64,000 nucleotides of DNA from a virus, in IMG/VR virus record IMGVR_UViG_3300025030_000006, one strand, 5' to 3'. Made by a program: the position numbers and the translations under genes. The notes under the pieces are model-generated. The model was not told the origin of the DNA. It made no database searches and saw only the letters and a list, made by a program, of their open reading frames with translations. Numbering within the stretch: position 1 is the first letter of the stretch; every line of letters starts with the position of its first letter. Shown here piece after piece: positions 15,889 through 24,053 of the stretch.

Positions 15889-16233
15889 ATGGAAGATTTA
15901 GAATTTTTTATAAAAACACATAAAATGGGGAATAAATTCAGAAAGTTTTTGAATAATGCAGATGATTTGTCAATTACTACAAAACATAGGGGACATTATT
16001 ACCATGAAATGTGCATGGATATTTCGGTAATTGAATATCATTTGTCTGATTCAATTACTCAATCTGAATTTACTGAATTTGAAGAATGGATTACTGAAAC
16101 ATTGAGGGATTATGCAAAAGAATTGTATAGAGATTTGGAAAAGGAGTATGAGTATTTGTCAAGTGAAAAAGTAATCATTGAAACAATTGAGGCAAATGAA
16201 TATGAATTTACCGAAGATGGAAAATTGTATTAA
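15889..16233 (+). CDS. hypothetical acidic protein, apparent C-terminal continuation of 15661..15888
   Basis: Track ORF. Same frame as the upstream ORF. No separate RBS other than GAAGGA inside the upstream coding sequence. Confidence 0.5.
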   Translation: MEDLEFFIKTHKMGNKFRKFLNNADDLSITTKHRGHYYHEMCMDISVIEYHLSDSITQSEFTEFEEWITETLRDYAKELYRDLEKEYEYLSSEKVIIETIEANEYEFTEDGKLY

Positions 16234-16258
16234 TTTATAACAAGAAAGGAGAATTAAA

Positions 16259-16444
16259 ATGAAAGATAAATATTATGATTGGGTAAAGAGATTGGGACAA
16301 TATCATTTATCAATTGGTGGTCAATCAACAACTCTTTGTGGAATGCCAATGATGGGCAATAATTATGCTAAAGTAATTCCAAAGGATGAAAGAACTAAAT
16401 GTAACAAATGTTTTAATATAGCAGAAATTAGGTCATTAACTTAA
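16259..16444 (+). CDS. hypothetical small protein
   Basis: Track ORF. AAAGGAGAATTAAAATG RBS. Confidence 0.55.
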   Translation: MKDKYYDWVKRLGQYHLSIGGQSTTLCGMPMMGNNYAKVIPKDERTKCNKCFNIAEIRSLT

Positions 16445-16465
16445 TAAAGAAAGGAGAATTAAATA

Positions 16466-16648
16466 ATGGATAATGAAGAGTTTAATTTTATTGTAACAAC
16501 AATTGTCAAAGGTAAGAAACAAAACAGAATTGTGAAAGCAGAGAATTCATTATCTGCCAGATTTAAAGTTTATCATCAATTAATGGCAGCAGATAAGAAA
16601 GGCAATTTCACAATTATTGATGTTAAACAGAAAGGAGAAAAACAATGA
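16466..16648 (+). CDS. hypothetical small protein
   Basis: Track ORF. AAAGGAGAATTAAATAATG RBS. Confidence 0.55.
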   Translation: MDNEEFNFIVTTIVKGKKQNRIVKAENSLSARFKVYHQLMAADKKGNFTIIDVKQKGEKQ

Positions 16649-16833
16649 GAAAGGATTCAACAGAGAGACTAATTGATGCTAAAGGTATCCTTGACAATTT
16701 ACTTTTTACTAGAAGTCAAGAAATGTCTGCAATAATTAATCAAGAAATAAGTGTTGTAAGAAGTATTATTTTTAATGTTTTGGTAGCTGAAAACGTTTAT
16801 TGGTGGGAAGAACAGAAAGGAGAAAATAAATGA
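16645..16833 (+). CDS. hypothetical small protein
   Basis: Track ORF. ATGA overlap with the upstream stop. Confidence 0.5.
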   Translation: MRKDSTERLIDAKGILDNLLFTRSQEMSAIINQEISVVRSIIFNVLVAENVYWWEEQKGENK

Positions 16834-17021
16834 CTAAACTTAATCTTCATCATAAAGAAGTTAAAAAGGAAACAAATATAATGATGTTTCGTTGTCCTGA
16901 ATGTCACAAGGATTCTGAATTCAGTAAATGGATTAAATCAGTAAATCATGCAGAACATTCCATTTGTCCTAGTTGTAAAAAGGAAGTAAAAGATACTATG
17001 GTAAAACGAGTGAAATCATAA
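16830..17021 (+). CDS. small zinc-ribbon protein
   Basis: Track ORF. Contains CPECH...CPSCK. Confidence 0.55.
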   Translation: MTKLNLHHKEVKKETNIMMFRCPECHKDSEFSKWIKSVNHAEHSICPSCKKEVKDTMVKRVKS

Positions 17022-17064
17022 CAGATTAATTGAATCCATTTTTATAAAAGAAAGGATAAATCAA

Positions 17065-17254
17065 ATGGATAAAATAAGAATAAATGTAATAAGCAAATAT
17101 GGTAACATTGATGAAATTTTTGAATTCACACCAAAAAAAAACAAAAAGAAACATATTTACAGTTAATACACAAAAAATATTTATGGAAGCAATAAACCAT
17201 GCAAAAGATATAAAAGGCAAAATTGAGATTACTTTTGAGTCTATTCATTTTTAA
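17065..17254 (+). CDS. small gene in two frames joined at an A9 run (17133..17141); frameshift, slippage or homopolymer error
   Basis: AAAGAAAGGATAAATCAAATG RBS. Frame 1 reads MDKIRINVISKYGNIDEIFEFTPKK and stops at 17164..17166. The +1 frame continues ..TKRNIFTVNTQKIFMEAINHAKDIKGKIEITFESIHF*. Confidence 0.35.
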
Positions 17255-17275
17255 ATAAAAGAAAGGAGAAATAAA

Positions 17276-17470
17276 ATGAAAGAATTGCTGGTTATTAAAA
17301 AGGAAATTGAAAGAGTCATTGTAATTGGAGAGAATCACAATTTTGAAAAAGCCAAAAGGCAATATGAGAATCAGGGATACAGAATTATTAGAACGGGGGC
17401 TAGACCAATTACATTGAATCAATACAGTAAAGACGAATTCAAAATGATTGCTGAACGAACAATTGATTGA
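17276..17470 (+). CDS. hypothetical small protein
   Basis: Track ORF. AAAGGAGAAATAAAATG RBS. Confidence 0.55.
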   Translation: MKELLVIKKEIERVIVIGENHNFEKAKRQYENQGYRIIRTGARPITLNQYSKDEFKMIAERTID

Positions 17471-17482
17471 AGGGAAAATTAT

Positions 17483-17767
17483 ATGGATTATTTAAAAAAG
17501 AAAATACATTCTATTAACAGAATAATTGAACATTTAGGAAAGGAAATTAAAATCCAAATTGTGGTTACTTGTTCAATTGACAACATTGGAAGACGTTACG
17601 AATCCAAAGGAACATTTTTGGATAATAGAGCAACAAAACAAACAATCAAAAATGCTTTATGGGATGAAACAATTTATCTAATTCATTTTCTGGAAGCATT
17701 GGGTTTCCCTGAAAATTATGTAATTGAAAAAATGAATGAATTCATTGAAGAGGAAATAAACAAATGA
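17483..17767 (+). CDS. hypothetical protein
   Basis: Track ORF. Confidence 0.55.
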   Translation: MDYLKKKIHSINRIIEHLGKEIKIQIVVTCSIDNIGRRYESKGTFLDNRATKQTIKNALWDETIYLIHFLEALGFPENYVIEKMNEFIEEEINK

Positions 17768-17889
17768 AAAAAGAAATATCGACTGTAGGTTATTGCCCTT
17801 CATGTAGAAAGAAAGTTATGTTTATTAAAACAAAAGATAAGAATGAATATACTTGTGTAACTTGTAAACTTCCATTTTTTAAACAATAA
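17764..17889 (+). CDS. small zinc-ribbon protein (41 aa)
   Basis: Translated by eye: ..YCPSC...CVTC. ATGA overlap with the upstream stop. Confidence 0.4.
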   Translation: MKKEISTVGYCPSCRKKVMFIKTKDKNEYTCVTCKLPFFKQ

Positions 17890-17903
17890 TTGAAAGGAGA
17901 AGA

Positions 17904-18077
17904 ATGAAAAGAATAAATGATAATCAATTGAGAATGGTAAATGATTCTTGTCCATTTTGTTTTGCTGAAATGTATCCGTTACAATCACTTACTTTGGAAG
18001 TCATTTACCGTTGTGGTTCTTCGGGTAGCAGAATAACGGGTTTATATATTAAACAATGTGGAAAGGGGAATAAATAA
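17904..18077 (+). CDS. small zinc-ribbon protein (57 aa)
   Basis: Translated by eye: ..SCPFC...YRCGS. GAAAGGAGAAGAATG RBS. Confidence 0.45.
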   Translation: MKRINDNQLRMVNDSCPFCFAEMYPLQSLTLEVIYRCGSSGSRITGLYIKQCGKGNK

Positions 18078-18078
18078 A

Positions 18079-18279
18079 ATGAATGAACAACAAAAGAAAG
18101 ATGCAGAAGACACAATAAACTTATTGAAAGAAATGGATTATAATTTTATTAGACCAGCAGATTTGATTTTAAAAGAATTTGCTGATGTTTTGTTACTTCA
18201 AGAAGAGGAAATAAATAACTTGAAAACAAGATTGGATTTTGTAGAAAGAGTAAACAAAAGAAATTTGCCCATGAGATAA
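18079..18279 (+). CDS. hypothetical small protein
   Basis: Track ORF 18058..18279, trimmed to the ATG after the GGAAAGGGGAATAAATAAA RBS. Confidence 0.5.
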   Translation: MNEQQKKDAEDTINLLKEMDYNFIRPADLILKEFADVLLLQEEEINNLKTRLDFVERVNKRNLPMR

Positions 18280-18341
18280 TTACCAGATAAATACTTAAAT
18301 CAATTCTTTTATTTTCATGTATTTTAAAAACAGTAACAATT

Positions 18342-18388
18342 TCAACAGTTTAAAACCACTTGACAGAATTATATTTTTCCGATAGACT
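18342..18388 (+). promoter_or_regulatory. sigma70-like promoter, homologous to 9772..9819
   Basis: CAACAGTTTAAAACCACTTGACA, 17 nt, TAGACT. Confidence 0.5.
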
Positions 18389-18446
18389 TTTAACTTCCTA
18401 CAAGTCATTCGACTCCAAGTTTTCAAACTCAAAAGGAGAATTCAAA

Positions 18447-18719
18447 ATGATTGAAATCAAAGTTAATTATCCATCAAAGAAAGCTGAGAAAAATAATTAT
18501 CCTTATATTGGTGTAAAGGAGTTTATTTATGTTCTTTTTACAAAACCACGTGAGGGGTTTGTAATTGCCATTGATGAAGACTTTTGTGAAATTGATATGA
18601 GTATACCAGAGGATGATGAAAGTTATTCTGAAAGTTATTCAATTGGTGATTATAGAAAAACATGGTCAGAAAAATATTTTAAAAAAATTGAGGGTGAATT
18701 GATTTTGAAAAACAAATAA
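18447..18719 (+). CDS. hypothetical protein
   Basis: Track ORF 18360..18719, trimmed to the ATG after the AAAAGGAGAATTCAAA RBS. Confidence 0.55.
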   Translation: MIEIKVNYPSKKAEKNNYPYIGVKEFIYVLFTKPREGFVIAIDEDFCEIDMSIPEDDESYSESYSIGDYRKTWSEKYFKKIEGELILKNK

Positions 18720-18735
18720 AAGAAAGGAGAATTAA

Positions 18736-19149
18736 ATGGATGAAAAGAAAAAATTCAATCCCTATCCAGAAGGAATAATTCATCCCATTCCAAAAGAGCA
18801 ATATCCCAAACTCAATTCAGAACACAAACAAATGCTGGAATTATTTAATCGGAAAAAACAATTGGAAGAAGAACTCAAGGAAGTCAATGAATCAATTGAC
18901 AGAAAGGAGAAACTGATTTTAAAACAAATTGATTCAGGTAAAACATTTAATTGGTGTTGGAAATGGATTTTTACCAGAACTAATATTTCGTGGAAAGATG
19001 TTTGTATTAAGTTTATTGGTAAAAAGAAAGTAGAGGAAATATCCGCAAGAACGGAAGCAACCAAATATCCCCATGTTGGAATTGAGGGATTCCACCCTAG
19101 ACCATTTCAGAAACCAAGGCGTTTCAATCTTAGAAGACCAATTAAATGA
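18736..19149 (+). CDS. hypothetical protein with basic C-terminal tail (..KPRRFNLRRPIK)
   Basis: Track ORF. AAAGGAGAATTAAATG RBS. Confidence 0.6.
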   Translation: MDEKKKFNPYPEGIIHPIPKEQYPKLNSEHKQMLELFNRKKQLEEELKEVNESIDRKEKLILKQIDSGKTFNWCWKWIFTRTNISWKDVCIKFIGKKKVEEISARTEATKYPHVGIEGFHPRPFQKPRRFNLRRPIK

Positions 19150-19163
19150 AAGGGGAAAAGGAA

Positions 19164-19373
19164 ATGAGTAACCATAATAAAATTGATTTTAAAAATGCTT
19201 CCATAGAATTGCTTGATTCAGCTATAGTTGTGCTTGGTTTGGCTATTAAATGGTATGAAGCAGAAAATTTTGATAGGGAGGAACTTTGTGGTGGTGAACA
19301 ATGTGATACTTGCAATCTGGCAAAAGGGGTCAAAGAATTTTTGAACAAACAAAATAATGAAACCGAAAGTTAG
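19164..19373 (+). CDS. hypothetical small protein
   Basis: Track ORF 19146..19373, trimmed to the ATG after the AAAGGGGAAAAGGAA RBS. Confidence 0.5.
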   Translation: MSNHNKIDFKNASIELLDSAIVVLGLAIKWYEAENFDREELCGGEQCDTCNLAKGVKEFLNKQNNETES

Positions 19374-19374
19374 A

Positions 19375-19404
19375 TTGCCAATTTGGAAAGTATATTTGTA
19401 TAAT
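19375..19404 (+). promoter_or_regulatory. near-consensus sigma70-like promoter
   Basis: TTGCCA, 18 nt, TATAAT. Followed by an approximately 260-nt leader before the strong RBS at 19654. Confidence 0.5.
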
Positions 19405-19665
19405 CTGCTTTATCGTTTCAGACGATTTAAATGGATAAATACAGGTATGCTTGAATTCGGCATGACCAACAAGGAAAAAGGTTTATTGCATGGGATGTTG
19501 CACAAATATCTCAGAAAGGAGGTAATGCGACAAGTAAAAGCAGTTCAGTATTATGAATTGGTAAGTCTCGTGCTTGGTAGTAAAATTGCCATAGCTACCA
19601 AGGAAGAAATTCAATTGGCAAATAAACTATTCATCTCTTACAAAATCAACACAAAGGAGCTAATC

Positions 19666-20859
19666 ATGGAAATGAAACAATTGAAGAAATTCGCTGAAGA
19701 AGTTGGTCTTACTGCTAAAGCAATTAAAGGAATGGAAGAAGATGAATTGATTCTTGAAATTGTGAAGAATTTGGATGCTGATACCACTTATTCTGATGAT
19801 TTCATTGCTTGGTATGATGAATTGCCGGAAGAAATGTTTGATGAGGCTGACGCAATTGATGAAGAGAAACCCAAGGGCAAAGGCAAGAAGGAAAAAGAAG
19901 TAGAGAAGGAAGAGGAAGAAGAAAATGATTTCTCTGAATTGATTGGAGCAATTGAAGAATGTACGGAAATTGATGAATTGGTAGAGATTGCCCAAGATGA
20001 AGATTTTGAAGAAATTTTTGCTGAGGTGGATACTGATACCAAATTGGTTAAGAAACTGAAAAAAGCAATGCTTAAAGCAATTGAAGATTATGAACCTGAA
20101 GTGGAAGAAGAAAAACCTGAAGTAAAAGAAAAAGGCAAAAAGGAAGAACCCATTAAAGAAGAAAAGAAACGTGGCCGTCCTGCCAAAGAAAAAGAAGAAG
20201 TGGAAGAAGTTGAATTGGATGACGAAGCCAAGGAAGAATTGGTTACTGCAATCAATGAAGCTGATTCTACTGAAGACCTGAAAGAAGTAGCTGATTCGGT
20301 AAAAGAAGATTATCCCGAATTGTTTAAAGGTATTGCTTTCCGTTCTGGTCGGGGCAAATCCCCTTATCGTGAATTGGAAGAAGTTCAGGCAGAAATGCTT
20401 GAAAAATTGGGCGCTGAAGTAGAAGAAAAAGAAGAGGAAGAAGAAACTGAAACGGAATTGGAAATCACCGCTGAATCCGTAAATGATGCAGTTGAAGCAG
20501 ATGATAAGGAAACTCTGGTTGCAATGTGTGAGCAATTGGAAATTGAATTGAAACCTTTGATGAAAAGGTCTGCTAAGAAAATGGCTGAAAAGATTGTTGA
20601 AAAACTTCCCAAAGAAAAACCGGGGAAACGCGGATTGAAAGGGAAAGACAAAAAAGAAAAAGTAGAAGAGGTTGCAGAAGAAAAAGGAGAAAAACAATCT
20701 GTTTTCGCTTTGGTTGAACAAATGGTAAATGATGGTGCCAAAGAAAAAGATATCGTTGCAGCGTGTGAACCTATTCTCGCTGAAAGAGGAAAGAAAAAAC
20801 TCTTTGTAGCAAAGTTTGTTAAATCTTTGATTGCCATTGTTGAATCTCTTGAAGATTAG
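19666..20859 (+). CDS. highly acidic Glu/Lys-rich protein with an AT-hook-like KRGRPAK
   Basis: Track ORF 19357..20859. Best RBS (CAAAGGAG, 6 nt, ATG) is at 19666; an alternative in-frame ATG lies at 19525. Low-complexity EEK composition. Confidence 0.6.
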   Translation: MEMKQLKKFAEEVGLTAKAIKGMEEDELILEIVKNLDADTTYSDDFIAWYDELPEEMFDEADAIDEEKPKGKGKKEKEVEKEEEEENDFSELIGAIEECTEIDELVEIAQDEDFEEIFAEVDTDTKLVKKLKKAMLKAIEDYEPEVEEEKPEVKEKGKKEEPIKEEKKRGRPAKEKEEVEEVELDDEAKEELVTAINEADSTEDLKEVADSVKEDYPELFKGIAFRSGRGKSPYRELEEVQAEMLEKLGAEVEEKEEEEETETELEITAESVNDAVEADDKETLVAMCEQLEIELKPLMKRSAKKMAEKIVEKLPKEKPGKRGLKGKDKKEKVEEVAEEKGEKQSVFALVEQMVNDGAKEKDIVAACEPILAERGKKKLFVAKFVKSLIAIVESLED

Positions 20860-20868
20860 TTGGTTAAA

Positions 20869-20913
20869 GGGGGATTAGGTTATATAATTTTTGTCAATAT
20901 AACCTAATCCCCC
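20869..20913. terminator. 17-bp perfect hairpin (GGGGGATTAGGTTATAT / ATATAACCTAATCCCCC)
   Basis: Starts 10 nt after the stop of the acidic-protein gene. 11-nt loop. Confidence 0.6.
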
Positions 20914-20951
20914 ACATCTAAAATAAATAATAAATGAAAGGAGAAAACAAA

Positions 20952-21266
20952 ATGAAAAAGGTTATTGATGGTAAAGTTTATAATACTGAAACGGCAGAGG
21001 AAGTTCATAATTGGTCTAATCATTATTACAGAAATGATTTTGGTTACTGTGAAGAAACACTTTATAAAACAAAGAAAGGCAATTACTTTTTGTATGGTGA
21101 GGGTGGTGCAATGAGTAAATATTCAAGACCAGTAGGAAACAATGGTCAAACTGGTGGGGATGGAATTACTGTAATGACAAAATATGAGGCAGTTAAATGG
21201 TTGGAAAACCATGATGGGGATAATGTTTTAATTGGGTTGTTTTCAGAAGAAATAGAAGAAGCATAA
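20952..21266 (+). CDS. hypothetical protein
   Basis: Track ORF 20934..21266, trimmed to the ATG after the AAAGGAGAAAACAAA RBS. Confidence 0.55.
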   Translation: MKKVIDGKVYNTETAEEVHNWSNHYYRNDFGYCEETLYKTKKGNYFLYGEGGAMSKYSRPVGNNGQTGGDGITVMTKYEAVKWLENHDGDNVLIGLFSEEIEEA

Positions 21267-21279
21267 TTGATTTCTGAAT

Positions 21280-21361
21280 AAATGGGGTTGCCCTTCTTTT
21301 ATTGGTTAAAAGGATTCCTCCTTTTGAGTGGGTTAATGGACAATGAAAGGCAATCCCATTT
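21280..21361 (+). other. structured element upstream of the tRNA (13-bp closing stem plus an internal 7-bp hairpin)
   Basis: AAATGGGGTTGCC pairs with GGCAATCCCATTT (one G.U). Internal hairpin AAAAGGA-TTCC-TCCTTTT at 21308..21325. A T-rich run follows. Confidence 0.4.
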
Positions 21362-21374
21362 TTATTATTCTTGT

Positions 21375-21466
21375 GGGGTAGTGGCGAAGCTGGTTGAAAC
21401 GCAACGGTCTTAAAAACCGTTACTGATAAGTTCACACCGTCGGTTCGATTCCGACCTACCCCACCA
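21375..21466 (+). tRNA. tRNA-Leu(UAA): tRNA-Leu (anticodon UAA), class II with a long variable arm and encoded CCA
   Basis: Acceptor GGGGTAG/CTACCCC. Anticodon stem ACGGT/ACCGT with loop CTTAAAA. T-arm GTCGG-TTCGATT-CCGAC. ACCA at the 3' end. Confidence 0.85.
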
Positions 21467-21490
21467 ATTAAAAAGAAAGGAGAAAATAAA

Positions 21491-21667
21491 ATGGGTAAAA
21501 CTCTTTGTGCCTTTATTTTTGGATTGCTTTTTTCAAGTTCTTTTTGGGTTTTCTTTGTGTTTGGTGAAGGTAATTTGAAAAATGGCTTGGTATTTTTTCC
21601 AATTGCATCATCAGCTATTCTTACTATTGTAATAACAGTATTTATTTTAGACAATTGGAATAATTAA
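21491..21667 (+). CDS. small membrane protein (58 aa)
   Basis: Translated by eye: MGKTLCAFIFGLLFSSSFWVFFVF... AAAGGAGAAAATAAAATG RBS. Confidence 0.45.
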   Translation: MGKTLCAFIFGLLFSSSFWVFFVFGEGNLKNGLVFFPIASSAILTIVITVFILDNWNN

Positions 21668-21685
21668 AAAGAAAGGATAAAATGA

Positions 21686-21970
21686 ATGGAAAGAGAATCA
21701 ATTGGAAAAGGCTTTAGAGAAAAGAATAAAAGAATCCTATTGTATAAAAGTATAAACCCAGAAACAAATAAAAATGAATATTGTCTTGTAACAAAAGTTT
21801 TGAAGGAAAATAGAAAAATTGAAATACAGGAAATATTTCTAAAAGAAGAAACTATCTACAGATTTATTGATTTATTTATGGTGCTAAATGAAACAGCAAG
21901 AATGAATTGTTATTACGAAGATAATTTATTTAAGGCTGAATTGTATAAAAAGAAAGGAGAAAATAAATGA
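21686..21970 (+). CDS. hypothetical protein
   Basis: Track ORF. AAAGGATAAAATGAATG context. Confidence 0.55.
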   Translation: MERESIGKGFREKNKRILLYKSINPETNKNEYCLVTKVLKENRKIEIQEIFLKEETIYRFIDLFMVLNETARMNCYYEDNLFKAELYKKKGENK

Positions 21971-22140
21971 AATGGAAAGCATTAAATGAGTTAAAAGAAG
22001 TATTGCAAGAACATCTATCAATTGAGTTAAATACAAAAACATTTGCTATGAAAGTAATGGTTTTGAAATAAAAATTAAATTCGATGATGAAGTCATTTGT
22101 TCTGATTGGATTTATTTGTCACAATTAAAGGAATAAGATT

Positions 22141-23805
22141 ATGTCTTTCTATTTTGAATTTCCCTCCATAGAAAGAAAATCAAAAACTAATTTTGATTGC
22201 AACAAATGCACTTTAAAGAATAATAAAATTCAATCCCCAGAAATGCAAATGTATGTTGGAGAACAATACGAAGGATTAATTATTTTAGGAAACAAAGCAT
22301 CAAAACATGATGATGAAAAGGGATTTCCTTTTGCTGATTCCCGTTCAAAAATATTGAGAAGTACAGCCGCAAAATTCAGAATTAATTTATCAAAACAAGC
22401 CGCAATGCTTCATGCTGTTTCCTGCTATAACCCTACCAAAAAGAAAACTTCTGATACACATTTTAAATGCTGTCAAAGTATTTTAGATGCACGTCTTAAA
22501 GAATTACGTCCTAAATTGATTATCTGTTGTGGTGAATTGGCTTTTAAATATATTTTTGGGTTGAAAAACAAATATGCCATTTCAAAATTAAGAAACAGAA
22601 TCATTCCTAATTACCAATACAACTGTCTGGTTTTTCCTGTTTACGACCCTTATAATTATGAAATGTATAACACCAGAAAAGAAGAGGAAGAACTAAGTTA
22701 TTATTACGAACATGCTTATAAATGGGACTTACAAAGAATATTTGAATTATGGGATAAGAAATTTCATAAAAGAACGGAGGTCAACAAAGTTCTGAAAGAA
22801 AGAAAAATTCTTGAGAATATTGAAATAAAAGAAGTAACTGATTTCCATGAAGCCAAGGAATTATTCAGACTTTGGAATAAATCTAAAGCCATTTGCCTTG
22901 ACTATGAAACCACTAATTTGTTTCCTTATGATAATCATTTTGAAATTGTTTATGCTGCCTTTGGAAATAAAACAAATGCTTGGGTTTTCCATGAAGATTT
23001 TTGGAAAGATAATCCATTCGTAAAGATTTGGTTCAAACGTCAAATGCAAAGGATTCTGGTTAATCAGAAAGTATTGAAAGTAGTTCAGAACAGCAAGTTT
23101 GAAGATTTATGTTCTAGGTTTGTTTATGGAATAAAAGAAATAAAGAATTCATTTTGTACCATGCTGGCGCAACACGTAATTGATGAAAGAGAAGGATGTA
23201 CTTCATTGGATTTCCAGAATTTAATACGGTTTGGAATTCCTCCTTATAATGAAACCATAAAGAAATATTTGATAACGGATAAGAAAGCCAAGGAAATTGA
23301 ATCGGATGATTCAGAAGATGAGATGGAAGAAATCATTGAATTGGATGAAGCAAAAGCATATACGTTTCAGAAAGTAAATAAAATCAGAGAAGCACCAAAA
23401 CAAGATATGATTCAATACAACGGCCTTGACGTTATTACAGCATTTAATCAGTGGGTTTTATTTGAAAAAGATTTGTTGGATTCCTATCCTAAAGCCAGAG
23501 AGAATTACGAATTCTTGAATGAAGGTCATTGGTTGTTTGCCAGAATGAGTCAAAGAGGAGTTAATATTGGTGAACAGGAATTAAAAGATTTTGAATTGTT
23601 CTTGGAAAAAGAAATTGAAAGAATAGAAAAGAAAATAATGGAGATACCGGAAATTCAAGAATATAACAAGCATTTGGAATCAAAAAGTTCAAAGACAAAG
23701 AAGAAAAAGAATGATAAGCAATTGGAAGATTTATGTTTTTCTAAACCTAAAAAGATTCGGTTGATTAATAGAAAATTTGATTTTACGGAAGGAGAAGAGA
23801 AATGA
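22141..23805 (+). CDS. family A DNA polymerase, N-terminal fragment: UDG-family-4-like domain, 3'-5' exonuclease and start of the polymerase domain
   Basis: The first ~170 aa resemble a family-4 UDG fold (GNKASKHDDEKGFPFADSRSKIL; FPVYDPYNY). ExoI-like motif ICLDYETTNL. Ends ..KKIRLINRKFDFTEGEEK at a TGA. Confidence 0.75.
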   Translation: MSFYFEFPSIERKSKTNFDCNKCTLKNNKIQSPEMQMYVGEQYEGLIILGNKASKHDDEKGFPFADSRSKILRSTAAKFRINLSKQAAMLHAVSCYNPTKKKTSDTHFKCCQSILDARLKELRPKLIICCGELAFKYIFGLKNKYAISKLRNRIIPNYQYNCLVFPVYDPYNYEMYNTRKEEEELSYYYEHAYKWDLQRIFELWDKKFHKRTEVNKVLKERKILENIEIKEVTDFHEAKELFRLWNKSKAICLDYETTNLFPYDNHFEIVYAAFGNKTNAWVFHEDFWKDNPFVKIWFKRQMQRILVNQKVLKVVQNSKFEDLCSRFVYGIKEIKNSFCTMLAQHVIDEREGCTSLDFQNLIRFGIPPYNETIKKYLITDKKAKEIESDDSEDEMEEIIELDEAKAYTFQKVNKIREAPKQDMIQYNGLDVITAFNQWVLFEKDLLDSYPKARENYEFLNEGHWLFARMSQRGVNIGEQELKDFELFLEKEIERIEKKIMEIPEIQEYNKHLESKSSKTKKKKNDKQLEDLCFSKPKKIRLINRKFDFTEGEEK

Positions 23806-24053
23806 TATTAATTATGAATATATTGGTTATCGTTTTTACCATCTTTGTTTTTGGTTACTGTATTGGTTGGGTTTTTTGCAATAGAGAATGGCGTTGGTAT
23901 GCAAAATATAATGTACCTCACAGGCATAAAGGAAATTGGTATTTTGTAGAAAAGGAAAACAATGACAAAAAAGAAAGCACACCCTATAAAGAATTAAATG
24001 AAGCTCTTAATAGAATGGATGCAAAATTAAAGGAGAAGAGAAATGATAATTAG
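23802..24053 (+). CDS. small membrane protein, between the polymerase fragments
   Basis: Track ORF. ATGA overlap with the upstream stop. N-terminal hydrophobic helix. Confidence 0.5.
   Translation: MILIMNILVIVFTIFVFGYCIGWVFCNREWRWYAKYNVPHRHKGNWYFVEKENNDKKESTPYKELNEALNRMDAKLKEKRNDN

Noticed and set aside
19660-20837. Long antisense ORFs (19660..20721, 19788..20042, 20385..20837) opposite the acidic-protein gene
   Set aside because: These are a by-product of GAA/AAA-rich low-complexity coding sequence, which gives TTC/TTT-rich Phe/Ser-rich frames. There are no RBSs, and they sit inside a well-delimited + strand transcription unit.
21375-21466. Possibility that the phage tRNA is a suppressor or tRNA-Sec that would explain the in-frame TAA (15886) or TGA (5366)
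   Set aside because: The 7-nt anticodon loop is CUUAAAA, so the anticodon is UAA (Leu, reads UUA/UUG). It is not UUA (ochre suppressor) or UCA (Sec/opal). The acceptor stem is the ordinary 7 bp.
21193-21654. 153-aa minus-strand ORF spanning the tRNA region
   Set aside because: It runs straight through a well-formed tRNA-Leu and a + strand small gene with a strong RBS. It has no RBS of its own.
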